Source: Paraglomus brasilianum
Taxonomy: Eukaryota
Reading direction: 5' to 3'
Assembly (NCBI GenBank): GCA_910592345.1
Contig: CAJVPI010000125.1
Span: forward strand, 1 to 51,257
DNA length: 51,257 nt
Under the pieces are notes generated by a model. It saw only the letters and a program-made list of their open reading frames with translations. It had not been told where the DNA came from and ran no database searches. The position numbers and the translations under genes were made by a program. Shown piece after piece: positions 12,580 through 27,163 of this stretch (its first letter is position 1; every line of letters starts with the position of its first letter).

Positions 12580-13300
12580 ACTTTTCTTGGGGCGAAGAAT
12601 CAGAAAGATCACCGAACTTGATATCGTTTATTAGAATACCAACACTAAATAATTCTCTCATCACTCTTAGTAGGCACCTAACGTTCCTTCATATACCAAA
12701 CAGTATTACTGTTATACTTAATATGTTTGGTAGGCAAAGTTATTGCGACTTATGAAAGTCATTTACTGTAATAGAGAAATTGTTTTCGAAGGTTGAAGGT
12801 TTATCCGTAATATTCATAGTAATTGCAAACTTTTAAGTTATTGATTACTTTACATATGCGTGACGTTGATGTGCATTCTATCGATGAATTAGACTCGGAA
12901 ATCCCCTTTAATAATATTATAATCAAATTTTTATACCATAATATGTCATAAATATATCTTGTCCTTTGGCTTTGGGATAACAACAACAAAAGCGATGTCA
13001 GCATGACCTTCTTTTCCGCTACCAAGTTGTGCATTAAATCAGTCAAGCAAGATGCTAACTGTTCAATCTCTTATCAATAGATTGAACGCTAATCCATTCA
13101 AAATCGGATTTTCGAAGCAATTTAATATCTTCATTTGTTTTGCAAGTTTCATTTGTTGCTTTAAGAGAAGATTAACAAATGGATTTGCATAATTATATGA
13201 TTTACATCTTGCTTCTAACGGACATCCTTTTTTGAGTAAACAAATCAATTTAGAAACGCTCGGCTTTTATTTATTTAATCTCGCTGATGGTTTTGGTATT
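12580..13300 (-). pseudogene. Degenerate coding remnant, unknown family
   Basis: Protein-like segments broken by stops: ..CKSIC*SSLKATNETCKTNEDIKLLRKSDFEWISVQSIDKRL..GSGKEGHADIAFVVVIPKPKD..GDFRV*FIDRMHINVTH. Confidence 0.3.
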
Positions 13301-16300
13301 GCCCTTTCGGGGAGAAAATGTCATGAAATAATGTGTACCTACTTATCATTGTCAATTGGGCGAATCTAATGCAAGTTTAAGATGTCTTTTTGTGACCTAT
13401 TCTTGAATGACTAGTCAAATACTCGCTCATCATTCTTTGTTCTTTTCCTTTTGTTCCTATTAGTGTAACCTGCGTGTAGAATAATAATATTGACTCACGT
13501 TGATTGTCATGCAAATAGGTAACGTGACATCGCATCCACATTTGTTTTCCAGTTCAATACTTGTGCTTCATACTTTCAGTCAGGAAGTGTCCGCATTAAT
13601 TAATTAGGCAAAAATGATAACAAAAATTCACCAGGCCTTTAAATTTCATATTTGTACAAAACCCCGGAGCATTATCGCTATTACTATGCCAAGAAATGAT
13701 CGTCGATAATTAATGTTGAGTAACACAGTCGGCCGTTTTCTTGTTCAGTTGATTCAGTTCTTTATCATTTATCACTCTATTGTAAAGCTAAAACGGTTAC
13801 AAGCATGTCTCAGGCCAGGCTTATTGTCTGTACTGTGAGTTACAAATATAAGCTCTTTTTATATACATCAAGTGAAAACTGCATGTAACAAAATAGTCTC
13901 GCTTCAATTCAAGCGCAATTTTTTATTTGTTAGACGACAAGGTGATTGCCGATTGGAAGCGCTTGACTGGTTGTTTGTGGAGAAATCTAACTAATATTGC
14001 GTGCAAATTCATGTGATTTAGACTTGTAACAAGTAATGATTGCCTCAGGGTCAATAGTATCGCTTTGTTCGTTTTCCAGAAGAGTATATCAGGATTTTAT
14101 CGTATCCTTGAGCGTAATTCTACGTATCGATTGGATTAAAATCCTTCAAGTGCGCTTGGAGTCATTGTATTGCTGGAAAATCTATCATATATCTTGGTTG
14201 CATTACAAATTTCATTGTGAATTCGTCAATTTACAATGGATATTCTCGAACAAGCTGCTTTTTCCAAAGTAAAACAAACCGTTACTAATTACACTGGCTT
14301 GCAAATAATATGTATAGCTTCATAAGCCATGTAACCGTCTGTATATTATGATTTCGTTAGCACTTTACCTTATGAAGCTAACAAAAAGCATACTCATATT
14401 GTTATTATCATCAAAAATTGATAAATTACGGGATAAAAGACTAATAAATCAGTTAAAAGACTATCATTAGAATCAAATACGCGTTAACAAAATAATAAAA
14501 TTTTGTGCAATTCATAATAAAATGTAAATTTACCGATTAAAATTTCTATTAAAATTTTTATTAAAATTATTTCATAGTGCAAGGTAAAGGAAATTATTAT
14601 CATGGCATTGGTATCAATACGAATTGTAGTTATAATAAACTCAATGACACTCTTGCACTACATTAAAGTTTTCGAACTTATTCTCATAGTTGTGAAATTA
14701 ATATGATAAAATAACAAGTAAATAGACATTATAAAAAAACTTCATATGCTGAATCCCGGAAATTACTTATAAATTAAAATGTTGGAATTGGAAATTAACC
14801 TTTTGAGCGTATAGAAGTCATTCGCCAAGCGTTAAAAGTCTTCTATGTTAATAACTACTTCTGCTAGTTATCTTTCTTCAAGATATTATCTATTTGAAGC
14901 AATTCTACGGAAAAATCTTTATGACGGCGATTATTTTGCCCAACGAACAGAATACGTAAATATAATTAGAATTAGAATTCTAGCTAGGTGTGTTTGATAA
15001 TTGCGTTAACAATAATTTTATTACTCACAACGGCTTTTGACAATGTACAGGAAATACAAAAACGAATGTAGACTTTATTCTGATAAAATAAATTCTAGAC
15101 TTAAAAGGTAGCTTACATTGCGTGATATGGCTGGGAGGATTGTATAGCAGACACAATAAACGTTATGTAACGCGAGCAAATAATTCGTGACAACGCGTTG
15201 CAAGCGTGGTTGCTTAGATCTTGTTTAATATTGCGTTTATTATATTAAGATTTTTTCTTCCTCCTTTATTACAACTATTATTTTTTAATTTGATACGTCC
15301 TTTTTTTCATTACGTAGCGTACTGTATATTATCTATTAAAGGCTTTCATAAAAAGCTAGTCGATCGTTCCAGCGCTGTCTGTAAAAAATACTTGCCAAGT
15401 TCAGTGATCTTGGCAAAAATTCACATGGTCTGCCACGCCGATCATTTTGCCAAGAAAATTTACCCGTCTGGCGATCAACGCCCATTTAATATTTGCGCCG
15501 AACAAGTTTTCCGAAAATTTTTTTCCTCGTTGGATTCCCATTGTCATCGCAATCGCCATTAGTGACCAACTTAATTATGATTCAGTCGATCCTTGTCGAA
15601 ACATCACATCTTCACGCAAAGTCTCATTGTACTGTATGTGCGTTTCTTTCTATTACGCTGAGTCGAAGTTTGTAATTCGATTAATTGGATTGCAGTCGTT
15701 AATATCCTCCGTCTAAGCAATGCCAGGAAGAATGGATGAAATAAATTCGCGTCGTGTTGCTTCTTTTGCGTTGTGATGTGAAAGCAAGTCTTAGCTTTAT
15801 AGCTATATCTTCCAAAACGTGCTCCAATACATTTCTATCAGTATTCTCAGCGGATTCTCCATCGAACCTAGGCAGCAAATAAAACTGTCGACTGTTAACC
15901 CTAATAACGTCATGCTCCGATAAAAAGTCCGCGACGAAAATGGCTGCTACAAAATTAATTTCTGTTAAACATGCTGAACCACAGAACAATTCATATTCCT
16001 TGACGAGAATCAACTCTACAAATATAGTACTTCATATTATTGAGCTTGATTAACAATTTCAATATTAAATTCAGCACCAGTGAGATATGATGTTGATCAG
16101 ATGTCACAGAGGCCAATTACTGAGGAAGTTCCAGAGATGGGGATAATTGCACTATAACTTATTCTCTTTGTCTTCAGTCCTGGTTTCTCATTTTCCACAA
16201 TTAGAGACAGCATTACTAGATTAACAAATTGCAGAATTGGCACACATAGCCATTTGAGTATTATATTATCGATTGAATAAAAACTGCCAAGACTCTCATA

Positions 16301-16469
16301 ACAATTTTTGTGTATCCAGCTATAATATAATATCAGGAGAAACTGAGTTGTTACTGTCGTTTATTTACAGCTAAAGTTCCGGGGGCAATGCTTATTTAAG
16401 GTGTATTTTTTGTGAAAACGAGAACCTCTCTTTTTTTGCTTAAAAAAATAAAATAAAATAACAAGTTCA

Positions 16470-16670
16470 ACATGCTTGGGCTTGGTAAGAGGTGAAGTAA
16501 AATTTTATTCAAAAATGTTCCAAAATTATGGCAAAGTAATGCTAAGAGACGAGTTAAAGCAATTTATGGAAGAATATTCCACAAGCAACCCTTATTAGTT
16601 TTATAGACTCGATGAAACGAAGATGTGAATTAATTATTGAGCACAATCGCGAGCACGTATCAGTGGTTAA
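16470..16670 (+). mobile_element. Tc1/IS630 transposase C-terminal relic
   Basis: Reads ..LWKNIPQATLISFIDSMKRRCELIIEHN.., matching the Tc1 C-terminal W..I....L..SM.RR...I...G pattern. Confidence 0.55.
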
Positions 16671-18861
16671 CGATTTTTCGTATGGTATCATTACGCGTGA
16701 CCGCTTTCGCGGATATATCGCATTACATTATTCGAATAATCATCATCCTAGGACCTCTTTCACAATAAGGGGCTTTATTAGATACTTTGACTGTCGGAAA
16801 AAATATTTTACAGACAAGACTATGGAAAATTTGGAATTATTAATTTAACAATACTGTTAATGGTTGTAGATATCGTGAGTTGTTAGTATCGCGTAATGAA
16901 ACAACAACTCACATTCAAAAACCTTGGATTATTTCTACTTTTATTCGACAATATGTATTTACAAAAATAAACTTATACTGCAGACATGTATCAGCCGCTG
17001 TCCGGGCAAGTTCTTGGTGTTGGAACTCAAAATAATTAAAACACAACAACGGTCCAAAATAACCCTTTTAAAAGACAAAACGAATAGCATCAGAACATTG
17101 CTAAAATATTATGCAACTTGGAATAAATTACTTAATTGCTACGATGTCTGAAAATTACTACAGTCGCTTAACAAGAGTAATGCAAGCTCAATTTATGGAA
17201 GATTTCTCTAGTAAAAAGGCCTTCCACAAGGAAAGGCTATGTTAGATAAAAAGCAAAAGTTCTTATCGCAATATTAGTATGATAGGTTCAAAAAGGTTTG
17301 TGCCCGAAAAAGTCAGCACCCATGAATGTTGTTTTCTATCTAATAAATTTCATTTCAGTGACTTCGTTGCACCTCATCATACCGATAAGAGCATTTTTCA
17401 CCAGTTGGTTGGCACTCATTCCCGGGAAAACGACTTAGATATCTCACGTGAGCAACTGATAATGTTGGCGAAGCTAACAATACTTTGCCAAATTATATCC
17501 AACAAACGATATTATCCGTAAACAGTGCGTGACTGTCAACCGGATTCCAACAACGTGCTTAAAACGATGCAAGTTAATGCAAACGAGTAATAATGGGACC
17601 GATGTTTTTATGCTTTTCTAAGCAATAACGTTATTATTACAAGTAAATAAAGTATACCGATATTATACCGATTTGGGCAGTTGTGATGCGGGAAGATGCG
17701 AGGTTTGATGACCTAAGCCATATTCTAAGATTTAAAAAAAAAAGTCGCTACTTTTCGTTTAATTAACGACGCAAAAAGGGGGATTTAGCAGATTTACCAG
17801 GCGTTTTCTAACACTTTCATAGAGATTTCTCTCTTGCCGATTTAAAACATATAGGACTACGGATTGAAGAATTGTCACCTTTACTGTTTGTACGAAACAC
17901 TACCACATCTACCGCTGCACAGCCAGGCAAACTACGTCTTGTCGATTTTCGAAACTAGTTGATGCACGGAAAATGGTCATATTATCTCGCAAAACAGCCT
18001 TGCGACACAGTGCTCGTTCCATAAAGAATGTAGACAAAGGCTGTGTAATTCCCTTAACGTCATTGTAACGCTACAGCCATGCAGAAAAATGAAGGTAGCC
18101 TGATATTACCCGATGAAACCATTCTCAAACCTGACCGATATGCACACTTCACGCATCCCTGCAATTTCTTTTGAATTCCCAATTGCTTGTCTTGTTAGCG
18201 TGCAACATCTTTCTTCTTCCCCAAATGGATGCAACCGGGTTTTAAAAATTGTCGGTAATCCTGCAAGAACAGTCAGACGTTCTTTCTGAAACAACAACCA
18301 AAGAGACGGGTTGACTCCTTATGATCCGAATGAAGAAGTCTGTTACACCAGGAATATATACCTCATTTCCATGAATTCAAACTGTCATATGATATCTCAT
18401 ATTAGATGCTGTGTCCCCCATTTCCCAGTCCAGTCAAAGCTAGAGCACTCAAAGTTGCATCTCCCTCTATAGACCATTCGACACTGTCCTCCGCGACATA
18501 GTAACCAAGTGTCAAATTGCTACATATACTTACCATACTTCTTATTATTGAATATAACTGCGGTAAGACATTATATACGGATATGATATAACTTTAGAAA
18601 GAAAGGCAGCCAGACATATTCCCACGCACCGTGTTCAGATGTTCGTTCGTCCTCTTAAACTATCAACTTCCCAAGTCCGAATTCATGCACCAACTTTAAT
18701 ATTTGACATACTTGTAAACATTTAATTATTGGGTTATATAGTATTTATCGATCAATTCTAATCACTAATTACATTTCTAATCGAATTAACAGACACCGGA
18801 AGCGGAAACAACAGATATTCGCCTATACTCTAGACATAACAACAACTGGCTACACTAGTTA

Positions 18862-20665
18862 ATGCCTGAACATAGATACGCTTTCCCTAATCACAACTCT
18901 CCACTTGATAGCTCACCAATGTCATTCAAATCTGCTCCTGTTGAGCCTCCCATGCCAGCTACAATGACACCCTCGCCTCCTTTCCCGTCTCCTACTGGTG
19001 AACCATTCTTATCACGCTCATTGCCTCCACTCGAGCCTCAACACTCTGCCATTCCATCTTATTTAACTAATCAACGACGAGGCTCGATTACGGACCCATC
19101 TCTCCACCTTTCTGTTCCCAAACCAGAAATACCTAGACAATATTCGCAAACAGATATAAACTTTGCATCCAACGCTCCAATTTCACCTCCAAATGAACGA
19201 AGAGGGTCATTTGTAATGGATAACTACCCGGCTTCCCCCTCTTCATCTCTTTCCCGACCGCCTTCGGTAAAGAGCGAGCATTCATTTCCACTAATGGATT
19301 CGAGGAATAAGACCTTACCATCAATCAGTGCTAGCGCTAGCCCAATCAGAGATGGTTTTCCAGGGCCACTCATGAACCCCGCATTCCAAGCTCAATTTGC
19401 ACAGAGACGACACTCTATTGCGGTCGGTGAAGTTGTATCTCCAGCAACTAAGCGAAAGAGCTCACTTGGTGCTTCCGTGCTTTCCAACTCTATCAGTGCT
19501 GAAGATTATGCTGGCAAACGAAGAGATTCAATGACTGATCCGATATCAAGACTATCGCTCTACGACCGTCGTAGCTCATATTCTGCCCCATCTAGTCCGC
19601 CGGCACAACCATCTCCGTTTGCTTCATCGAGTAGTCCAATGCCAAAGCTCAATGTGCATGAAGTCGATAATAGTCTACAGGCACATGCAGATGCGACTGG
19701 CTTACACCATCCCTACGGAGAAAGCTCTTCTGAACTCCCGCCTCCTAACAACATGTCTCATCTCCAAGATCAAACGGATACTCAGGTTGCATACCCTCCA
19801 TTCAATCACCGTGTTTCACAAATTGTACATGAAGATGTCAATGGCGCCCCAATATTAGCTCGCAGAGCGTCTATGCCTCAGATGAGTCTTACTTCTCGAT
19901 TCAGCGATCACAGTCAACAAGAGGCCACGCCTATGGATGTCGATCGATATCGATCTCATGGCTATGCCACTCATAATCATGCCTATCATCCATATGCATA
20001 TGAGTATTCGGGATATATTCCAACCACTCCAACCATCAAAGATACACCTTACTCTCGCTCACCCGAGTTGAGAATTTCTCACAAGCTTGCCGAACGCAAA
20101 AGGAGAAAAGAGATGAAGGATTTGTTTGACGAATTAAGGGATTCATTGCCGGTTGACAAGAGCTTAAAGACTAGCAAATGGGAGATTTTGAGTAAAGGTA
20201 TGTAATGTCTAATTAAGTGCGTAGTACTTTACATGAGATGTGTGTGTACACATTTATCATATTACATTATTATTTATATTCTCCCAAATTAAATATGCTT
20301 ATTCAATTGTCTAGCTGTCGACTATATTAATAGACTTAAACAGAACCAAGACGATTTAAGCAAGGAAGTAGAATCTCTGAGACAACAGTTAGCAGCTTTT
20401 AAAGGCTGTAGCAGCAATAGCAGCAGCAGCAGCAGCGGTAGCAGCAACAACAACAACAACAACAACAACAACACCACCACCACCAATAACAGCAATAGTA
20501 ACAACGTCAACAACAACAACAACAACAACGGCAACAGCATCAAGTAAGTTGCACACAACTATCATTCACTGTATCAATGATATCCAATCAGTTTCTATGG
20601 GACTAAATAATATTCCTTTTCCGGTTGATAGTGAAACAGGTCCTTCACAGTCAACCTCTTCATGA
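18862..20665 (+). CDS. bHLH transcription factor of the Esc1 (S. pombe)/DevR (Aspergillus) type
   Basis: YSRSPELRISHKLAERKRRKEMKDLFDELRDSLPVDKSLKTSKWEILSK|AVDYINRLK, with a long Ser/Pro-rich N-terminus. Exons 18862-20197, 20315-20543, 20632-20665. Probable 5'UTR intron at 18563-18792. Confidence 0.9.
20409..20540 (+). repeat. Compound (AGC)n/(AAC)n/(ACC)n microsatellite encoding poly-Ser/Asn/Thr in bHLH exon 2
   Basis: Directly visible trinucleotide runs. Confidence 0.95.
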
Positions 20666-21612
20666 ACCATTGTCAGGAAATTGAACATTCCTGATAAAAG
20701 TCCGTCTTGCCCTGTTATAATGGACAAGCACCATCTCTTTGTGCGGCTTTCAGTTGCACTTGCTATAGATCAACTTACAATACGGGCAGGCCGATTGATT
20801 GCTATTATGATTCTTTTTGGTTTCCCTCTTACTATTCCTGTCTATCTCTCGTATTAAATCTGATATCCCCTGTAACATATTTCCTTTCCTATAATTGAGA
20901 AGATGACTTTCTTGGTTATTTCTTTCTTTATATTTGTAAATTTGACCCTTTCTTGTGATGTCTTTCTGTTTTATACATTGCTTTTGGTGGATTATCATCT
21001 AATCGGGACAACCGTGTTATATTAAGACACAACAGCGAATATCAACTTTAGTAGATCTTATTCTTTTGTCCCTGTATATTCTATAATATTATGGGAGTCA
21101 TTGATTTACTTCTTTCCTCTCTCTTTTTTATCTTTCTTTGTATTAGTTTGTAAATGGGCATTAAGAAGTCAAGTGATTTACGATAGATGTAAACTGTGAA
21201 GTAGAATTTCTATAATGTTTGTCATGCCCAAGTATGCTTGTCGATTGAACGGCAATTGGGTTTGATAAGCGTGAATATATATACACATATATACATATGT
21301 GACTGTATCTGATAAATTAAATGCCGAGCGTGTGATGTAACGGACTTACATTTGTACTCAAATAGTGTTTGAAATAAAAGTCTGGTCGATTGATATTCAT
21401 AATTTATGCATTTTGCATTCTTATTGATTCGATTGCGCATGTGATGATTTACATATTCAATCATAAATGTACTACCATAGAAACTCCAAAAGTCTAAAAA
21501 AAAAAAAAGAAAAGAAATAACCCAGGACCCAAACAAAGGCATACAATAACAATCTACACTATTAACATAAAAATGGCCTCTATTTTGATTACTTCGGCAC
21601 GCCATGAGACTA

Positions 21613-24600
21613 TCAATCCAGATTAGCGATTTGGTAGAATTGGTCAATCTGGCATCAACAAGAAGACAAGTGTACATATCAGCATCCCGCCAACTCTTCC
21701 ATCAACATCGATTACCCAAATTGGTAATTATCATTACCTTCGAGATCCAATCTATCATTTCTTGTTTAGAAGACGCTTGTAGCATGTAAGCGTTGTTGTT
21801 CGTATAAATAGAAAAGACGTATTGACGCTATAAAACCAAATATGGTTATAAAGAGTCTGTATTAGTCATGTTCACATGTGTACATACTGTTCCCAATTAT
21901 CAAGCTCACCTTTAACATATCTTCTCTTTCTTTCATGTAGTCAACGCGTACAGACGACAGATTTATGGCTCCAAGTTCTTCTGTTTCTTTTTGTGACTCA
22001 TAGATGAATAAATATGGCCTACAAGATAGCAAAGACAAGTGTAAGTATGCTTTTCCAACACTACATACAAAATATAAAAACTAATGATATACATTACCTT
22101 CTCAAGACATACCACCGCTTCACCCAGTGATCGTCAGCATTCTCTGGCGTATTCAGATAGCCTCTTTTCGTTATTTGGTCACTACACAATACAAAAAAAT
22201 GTCAGCAAACAACACAAAAACGCAAGCTACTGTTAGTCCACATTTCCAAGCATGAACTTACGTCTTCCCGACCATTCGCACTTGAGCAACTAATTTGGTG
22301 TCTTTAGTATGTTTGTATGTTTCTGCGTCTGGATAAGATCCTGACAAAGGCGGATCTTGATTAATTACAATCTATAAATTATCAAACTTGTTAGAAACAT
22401 GTTAAGATTCCGACAAACGCCATAATGAACACTATATTACCTCTTTTGTCGTGCCCCATTTCTTCTTCCACAAATTAACTGCTTTCTTAAGTATCTCCTC
22501 GTGGCTTGTAGTGTTATTCATCTTACTACTGGCGCCAGCAACGACTACACGCGTTTCATCAAGGTTGTGGACCTGTCTCATAAACTCTACCGCTTCTCGT
22601 TTGCGTATTGATTCGCCTATTCGTTTATAGTCCTTGACTAATGATACCCCACGTGGTTTCCAATTACCAAGTAACTCTTCGCCGCGCACGTATTTATTCG
22701 CAGTATTCAAACGCCAAAGCTCTGAAATCTTGCGTGTCATTGGAGGTTTAAGCGTTATAGAAAAAAGTCCACTGGTCTTCCATAGTACTTTTGATGAGTT
22801 CAACAACTGTATCAATTTGGAAGGTGGTCGAGCTTCTCTTCCTTGTATTTGTACAGCAATATCCATATTGAAACAGATGGGTTCAACGCATTTCTCAGCT
22901 TCCACGTACCATGTTAATCTCAATAAAACTCGACTATTAGATTGAGTTGTGCGATTGAGGAATAGCGAGCCGTGTAGTGTACTATCCCACGAACATTGAG
23001 CTACAAGAGTACTCGTTCCATCTATATTGAACTCGACTTTGTGGGGAGGTACTATGTTCATTTGCACATCGTTCTGTGTAGGCGACTCGGCTAATCTACC
23101 CTTGCCATCAAGTAATCGAACATGGCCAATTTCCATCTTGGTTACACGAGTCCATGGAAATTGTCGACCCGAATTATGAGTGAGTGTTAGCACAATACGA
23201 CGCTGTAAGCCTTGTCTTAAGAAAAATGCACCTGGATCAAGTGAATTCTGTGATAGCACTTGTACTGGCACATAGTCTCCACTGGGAGCCATCTCACAAA
23301 CTTGGACCCACGCGACGACATCGTGCTTCTCCTCGGCAACAAGTTCTTCTTCTGATCGTCGTTCACGGGGAATAACACATTCGGGTAGACTGTCGCCAAC
23401 ACCTGCTTGAATCTCATCCCATTTTTCAATCTGCTGCAAAACGCAAGGCTTCGCTTTCCCGTATATTTCGAATGCCAACATGCCGTTCGTAAGTACCTCG
23501 ACTATTGCTGGTGTAAGCGCCACTGACAAAGTCTGTGCATAATCAAAGCGAATTGGTCCTGTAGCAAAATCACTATGAAAATCTGTAGCATAAATGTGTT
23601 CCCCTGATGATAGAGGAGGAACCGCTCCGAAAGACGAGAGTTTAAACTGAACATGGACTTGAGTGTATTGTTCTTCATCCATTCCAGTGAGCTCCTCAAT
23701 CCTAACCTCAAATACGGTATTTTCGGAAGGATCTTTCGATTGCTTGGAATCACTGATAAATTTAATCCGAACTAGGCATTGAGCTATGGCTTTTCCAGAA
23801 TAACGGCAGATAACGGGAACTCTTTGTTCGTATTCAGACTTCAAAATCAAACATCTTAAAGCCATAGACGCACTCCCAATGAATGTAAATTGAGGACAAG
23901 GATTTTCGTAGAAAGGATCTTCCCAGTTAAAATGCTTACTGTACTGAGGTCGGTCAATAAAATTATACAAGTTGCGCATCTTTTGCATACGAGCTTTCAG
24001 TTTGTCGAGTGACCATACATAAACCACTCCATTCTTGAAGTCGATTACTTTCACACCAACGCACGGTTTCTTAGACAGATGCAGGGAAGTATCCTCGTTA
24101 GTATTGTATTGATTTAATGCTGACGTGCTTTCATAAAACGAAACAGGGTTGGTATATGGTTCATCTTCGATAATAGTAAGTTGATATTGAATTTTCTTTC
24201 CGAGCTCCCTACTGATGACGTTCGCTTCTTTTAATACAACTGCGTTGCTTAGTATTGTTTCTGCCATTTGTACATATCGTTGATGTTTCCACTTCTTCAG
24301 CGTCTTGTGAATCAAACGCAGCTCTTGGTCTGTGTACGGTCGGAACTCGGCAAAGTGACGATGATCGGATGTCGCTTGCGCGGCAGTTAATTTAGCCATT
24401 TTTTCTTTATACTCTTGAGCTTGAACCTCGAGCATTCTTTGCATTTCTTCTTGGACCATTTTGAGTTTTTCTTCCATTTGTTTTTTCTCGGCCTTCAATT
24501 CGTCGGCCTCCAAACTAGAAGCTGTCAGTACACGCATCTTCTCTTCATATTCTTGTTTCTGTGATTCAAGTTGTTGTTGCATCGCTTCTCCTACAAGTCT

Positions 24601-27163
24601 CTGCAAGTCTTCATCGGGTAAATTTCCAGGCCCGTTTAGTGCTGCTTCCTTCTTGGCATAGCTCCAGTCGATTACCGCCTCGGACATAAGCGAAGCAGTA
24701 GATGTAGGTGAATCCGCCCTTGGTGTATCCTCACCGCTATTGTGCTCCTTGGCTGTGAGACTAATGCTTAATGAATTCTTCGACCTGGCGCGCTCTCGTC
24801 TTACTTCTTCTGGATTATTATATCGGAATACATGAAAATCTCCCAGAATAATGCGAAAACCGGATTTTAATCTCTTCGCTTTGCTGGTCCTCATTCCATT
24901 TATTATAGTTAAGCTGTCGTTTGTAGGATACAAAGTGACTACGCCATCTTTGTTTTCGAAATAACAGTGCTCGGGAAGGATGTTTTCACCGCTCAATCGA
25001 ATATCAGCGTGAACCTGGTCATCAAGACGTCCAACGCGAGTAACTCCCGACTTAAGTTGATATACTAGACATTCTGACATCAAAGGATCTTCGTTCAAAT
25101 TTACTAAATGAGGAACTTTCTTAGGTGGATGAACACCAACAGCATTCTTCTCGACCATGATACCAAGCTCTTCCAAAGCCTTTTCACGTTCAAGCTGAAT
25201 TTCTTGTGTACGACGTAATTTTTCTTCCCAACTCTCATTTACTTCAGTCATCAATTTTTCGGAAGCTTGAAGTTGGTCCATAAGTTCTCCCTTCTTTTTC
25301 TTAATGGTGTTACCCTCCTTGTCTTGAAGAACAACAATTTCTTCGGAATCACCGCCGCCTCCTCGAACTATCGTGTCACCAGGGCTAATACCGAGCTTAG
25401 CACGCAATTGTGACAATTCTTCCTTAAGTTCACGAATAAGCTTAGCATTAGGATCTTCGTTGACGATAGCCTTGTTCTTGATACGTTTGGCCTGATCGGC
25501 ATATCTCAGAGTACTGAGTGTTTCATCATAATCTGCAGGAGAGATGGCTGCAATCATAGCGGTCTTGGAGTTACCACCCAAACTATCCTTTAGCAACCAT
25601 GTCAGAACCTGTAGATTAAAAATTGTTAGTCAGTTGAGATGCTCGTCACATGAACTAAACTAAATATTCGTGTATTGTCTTACCGAATCTCTATAAGGTA
25701 CGAACTGTTCCTTCTTTTTACTTTTACTACCACCAGACGGTTGATCGGCCAATGCAGCAATAACTTTCCCCAAAGTCGTCAAGGATTTGTTTATATTGGC
25801 ACCTTCCTTCAGACGATCTCCAGTTGCACCAGTAGAATTGGCACGTTCAGACCCAGCTAAATCGACCAAACTATGAAAGTAGTTGTGCGTCAGAAAGGCC
25901 TATCTTGTACGAATGAAGAAATAAAAAAACATTACCTGATGCGAGATACTTTTTCCGTTTCCATATTTGTTTCCACATCTAGACGTTTTTGTGTAAGCAA
26001 CAAGGTAAATACAGCATGCGAACGACTTGAAGTTGCGTTCATGTTTGTAGCAGCAACCGTTCTTGCCTTGATAATTACCAAAAAGTGAGTACGAGAGCAA
26101 TGCTTGTCGACAATTCAAGCCCATGACTGACTAATATACCTTGTTACCCTCATCCATAAGATTTTCTATATCATCGAATGAATTGACCAACAATTTAGAC
26201 AAATCTTCGACATATGGACCGAGTATAGGATGTTCTCTGACTTTTAGGTTGCCCTTGTTCTTCGGGTTAAGCAAATCACGAACACGTTCATTGTAAATTT
26301 CGATATACGACACTTGAACTTTGTACGTAATGTTTGGATTCTGGTTGTCGCTGATGCGTTCGAACAGAGCACTGCATGTCAGCGGGATTATACCTTTGTC
26401 TTCACCATATCCCATCTGATTACAGGGGGAAAAAAAAGCAAGAGATAAACGCAAGTGTTAAAAAGTGGCAGATTATATAAAGACTGTACAGAGTATGCCC
26501 AAAGACGCAGTATCAATATAATGAGATAAATAACCGCCAAACACCCGTAAGAACACTGTCAAACAGGGTCAGCACGTAACCATACCATCGAATAAGATTT
26601 TCCTGAACCAGTCTGTCCATCTAAAAAAATTTCGATTTATAAAAGTCTTTGTGAGCCAACCGACACATTCCTGTAAGCAAGAGCCCAATTTAGTATACGT
26701 ACATGCAAAGATACAGGTATTATAACCTTCGAATGAATGATCGAGTAGTTCAACGCCAAGATCATCGTACAAAGTCTTTTGATCAGCATAGTTTGAGGAA
26801 CTCTTGTCAGCCGACCAATACGATTTATCGAACGTAAAAGCCATATCTTCTTTTTTCGTGGATTTTGCATTACCGGGATCTGACAAGTCAGGCCTGTGAA
26901 GGACGGTCTGATTGCCGCGCATTTCAATTAGGCATTTTGCCCCACGAGTCAGTTCTAAGAAAAACAAGATTAGAGGCGATGAGAAACAAATTCAGTAGAT
27001 TAGGATTAGCATCCTTTGGTTTCACAAAAGTGACGATGGAGGATGGTTGGCTGTAAAAGAGGAGGTTGAAATAGTATTAGCAGGATGGTCAGGATGGATA
27101 CTTACCTCTCGTATTGAGGGGACGACATCTTACCACCACTTTAATGTTACCACCACCCGACAT
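21613..27163 (-). CDS. unc104: Kinesin-3 motor (KIF1/Unc-104 family) with FHA, coiled-coil stalk and C-terminal PH domain
   Basis: [15 protein letters not shown] start at 27163; P-loop [60 protein letters not shown] followed by FHA. Small terminal exons give a PH domain ([21 protein letters not shown]...[18 protein letters not shown]). Multiple GT-AG introns. Confidence 0.95.

Noticed and set aside
13900..16350. Short ORFs and cttgccaag inverted motifs
   Set aside because: AT-rich with no recognisable domain or defined TIR/TSD pair.
20322..20558. Poly-Leu/Val ORF on the minus strand
   Set aside because: Antisense reading of the (AAC/AGC)n microsatellite in the bHLH exon.
18862..20665. bHLH gene as the SREBP partner of the nearby SCAP
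   Set aside because: The basic region is ERKRR, lacking the SREBP-diagnostic Tyr (E.RYR), and there are no transmembrane helices. It matches Esc1/DevR instead.
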